A DNA stretch of 64,000 nt from a virus (Duplodnaviria > Caudoviricetes): positions 6,118 through 70,117 of the IMG/VR virus record IMGVR_UViG_3300048854_000074. The stretch is one strand, 5' to 3'. Below are positions 62,523 through 64,000 of this stretch, piece after piece. Position 1 is the stretch's first letter. Every line of letters begins with the position of its first letter. The notes beneath the pieces were generated by a model, which was not told the origin of the DNA, made no database searches, and worked only from the letters and a program-made list of their open reading frames with translations. Both the position numbers and the translations under genes were made by a program.

Positions 62523-64000
62523 TTGAGCAAATTTCCCTATCCGATCCCAAGCCGCGAAGAAATCCTGGGCGTGCTGCGCACGAGTGAAGCGCCGCTTGCC
62601 GCGAACGACATCGCTGAAGCCTTGTCGATCAAGCGCCAGGAGCGCGAGGGATTTTTCAAGCGCCTCGGCGCCATGGAGCGCGACGGCCAGATCCGGCTCG
62701 ATCAGCGCAATCTTTATCAGCTTACGCATCCGTCGAACTTTGTCGCGGGCCGCGTGCAAGGTCATCGCGACGGCTACGGCTTCCTGATTCGCGACGACGG
62801 CCAGGACGATCTGTTCCTGCCCACCGGCGAGATGCAAAAGGTCATGCATAACGACCGCGTGCTCGCGCGCATCGTCGGCTATGACCGGCGTGGCCGCCCT
62901 GAAGGGCACATCGTCGAAGTCACGGACCGCGCGAACAAACGCGTGATCGGCCGTCTTCTGAACGAGAACGGCGCGCTGATCGTCGCGCCCGAAGACAAGC
63001 GCATCGGCCACGACATTCTGATCGCGCAGAACACCAAGAAGGCCAAGGTCGGCCAGGTAGTGGTGGTCGAACTCACCGATTTCCCGAGCCGTCACTCGCA
63101 GCCGCTCGGCCGCGTGGTTGAAGTGCTCGGCGATATCGACGACCCCGGCATGGAAATCGAAATCGCGGTGCGCAAGTACGGCGTGCCGCACGAGTTCGGC
63201 CAGGCCGCGCTCGACGAAGCCGCGAAGCTCCCCGACGAAGTGCGTCCGGTCGATGCGCGTCATCGTATCGATCTGCGCGATGTGCCGCTCGTCACGATCG
63301 ACGGCGAAGACGCACGCGACTTCGACGACGCGGTGTATTGCGAACCGGTCCAGGTCGGTCGCGGCGAAGGTTTCCGCCTGATCGTCGCGATCGCCGACGT
63401 ATCGCACTACGTGCACCCGAAGAGCGGGCTCGACGCCGATGCGATCGAGCGCAGCACGTCGGTGTATTTCCCGCGCCGTGTGATTCCGATGCTGCCGGAG
63501 AAGCTGTCGAACGGGTTGTGCTCGCTGAATCCGAACGTCGACCGTTGCGTGCTGGTGTGCGACATGATCGTCACCGCGCGCGGCGAAGTGAAGGCGTATC
63601 AGTTCTATCCTGGCGTGATGCATTCGGCCGCGCGTCTGACCTATACCGAAGTCGCCGCGGTGTTGAAGAACACCAAGGGACCGGAGGCCACGCGTCGCGC
63701 TGCGTTGCTGCCGCAGCTGCAGAATCTGTATGGCGTGTACAAGTCGCTGTTCGCGGCGCGTCAGAAGCGCGGCGCGATCGACTTCGATACGACCGAGACG
63801 TACATCGTCTGCAATGCGCAGGGCAAGATCGAGCAGATCGTGCCGCGCACCCGCAACGACGCGCACAAGCTGATCGAGGAGTGCATGCTGGCGGCGAACG
63901 TCTGCGCGGCCGACTTCCTGAAGCGCAACAAGCATCCGGGCCTGTTCCGCGTGCACGCCGGGCCGACCGCGGAAAAGCTCGAAAATCTGCGTACGTTCCT
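62523..64000 (+). CDS. rnr: Ribonuclease R, partial (host gene)
   Basis: TTG SKFPYPIPSREEIL..., GHRDGYGF, VTIDGEDARDFDDAV, LIEECML; open to the window end. Confidence 0.96.
   Translation, partial: MSKFPYPIPSREEILGVLRTSEAPLAANDIAEALSIKRQEREGFFKRLGAMERDGQIRLDQRNLYQLTHPSNFVAGRVQGHRDGYGFLIRDDGQDDLFLPTGEMQKVMHNDRVLARIVGYDRRGRPEGHIVEVTDRANKRVIGRLLNENGALIVAPEDKRIGHDILIAQNTKKAKVGQVVVVELTDFPSRHSQPLGRVVEVLGDIDDPGMEIEIAVRKYGVPHEFGQAALDEAAKLPDEVRPVDARHRIDLRDVPLVTIDGEDARDFDDAVYCEPVQVGRGEGFRLIVAIADVSHYVHPKSGLDADAIERSTSVYFPRRVIPMLPEKLSNGLCSLNPNVDRCVLVCDMIVTARGEVKAYQFYPGVMHSAARLTYTEVAAVLKNTKGPEATRRAALLPQLQNLYGVYKSLFAARQKRGAIDFDTTETYIVCNAQGKIEQIVPRTRNDAHKLIEECMLAANVCAADFLKRNKHPGLFRVHAGPTAEKLENLRTF

Noticed and set aside
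62478-63956. 492-aa - strand ORF
   Set aside because: Antisense shadow of rnr
1-64000. CRISPR array, rRNA, reverse transcriptase/DGR or fibre-switching invertase
   Set aside because: None seen: no regular repeat-spacer units, no RT motifs, no serine recombinase near the fibres

Overview
About 62.4 kb of an apparently intact lambdoid-organised prophage with a contractile (myovirus-type) tail. It sits next to the 5' end of the host RNase R gene (rnr, 62523 to window end). The host is probably a Burkholderiaceae member (inferred from rnr and gene content). From right to left: att arm, tyrosine integrase and PrtN-like excisionase; a long + strand early (PL) operon (Sak4-like ATPase, SSB-like protein, exonuclease, DNA methyltransferase, Lar, acyl carrier protein, an ISL3 insertion); the immunity region (cI, cro, six TACC-N5-GGTA operators, a secreted protein and a DUF3800 gene followed by a structured RNA); a - strand replication/nin region with homing endonucleases; Q-like antiterminator, late promoter and a degenerate tRNA-Trp; terminase, head and tail genes; tail fibres interleaved with morons for envelope or glycan functions; and the start of the lysis region, cut by the left edge. 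The most unusual signals are a ~1.2 kb almost fully base-paired non-coding tract in the PL operon with tRNA T-loop mimics and a kissing loop, the DUF3800 plus RNA module behind cI, a beta-helix tail-fibre-like protein with a Sec signal peptide, and an HTH gene nested inside a lipoprotein ORF. Protein families were recognised by eye from motifs and synteny, and all RNA pairings were found by eye. No searches or folding programs were run.
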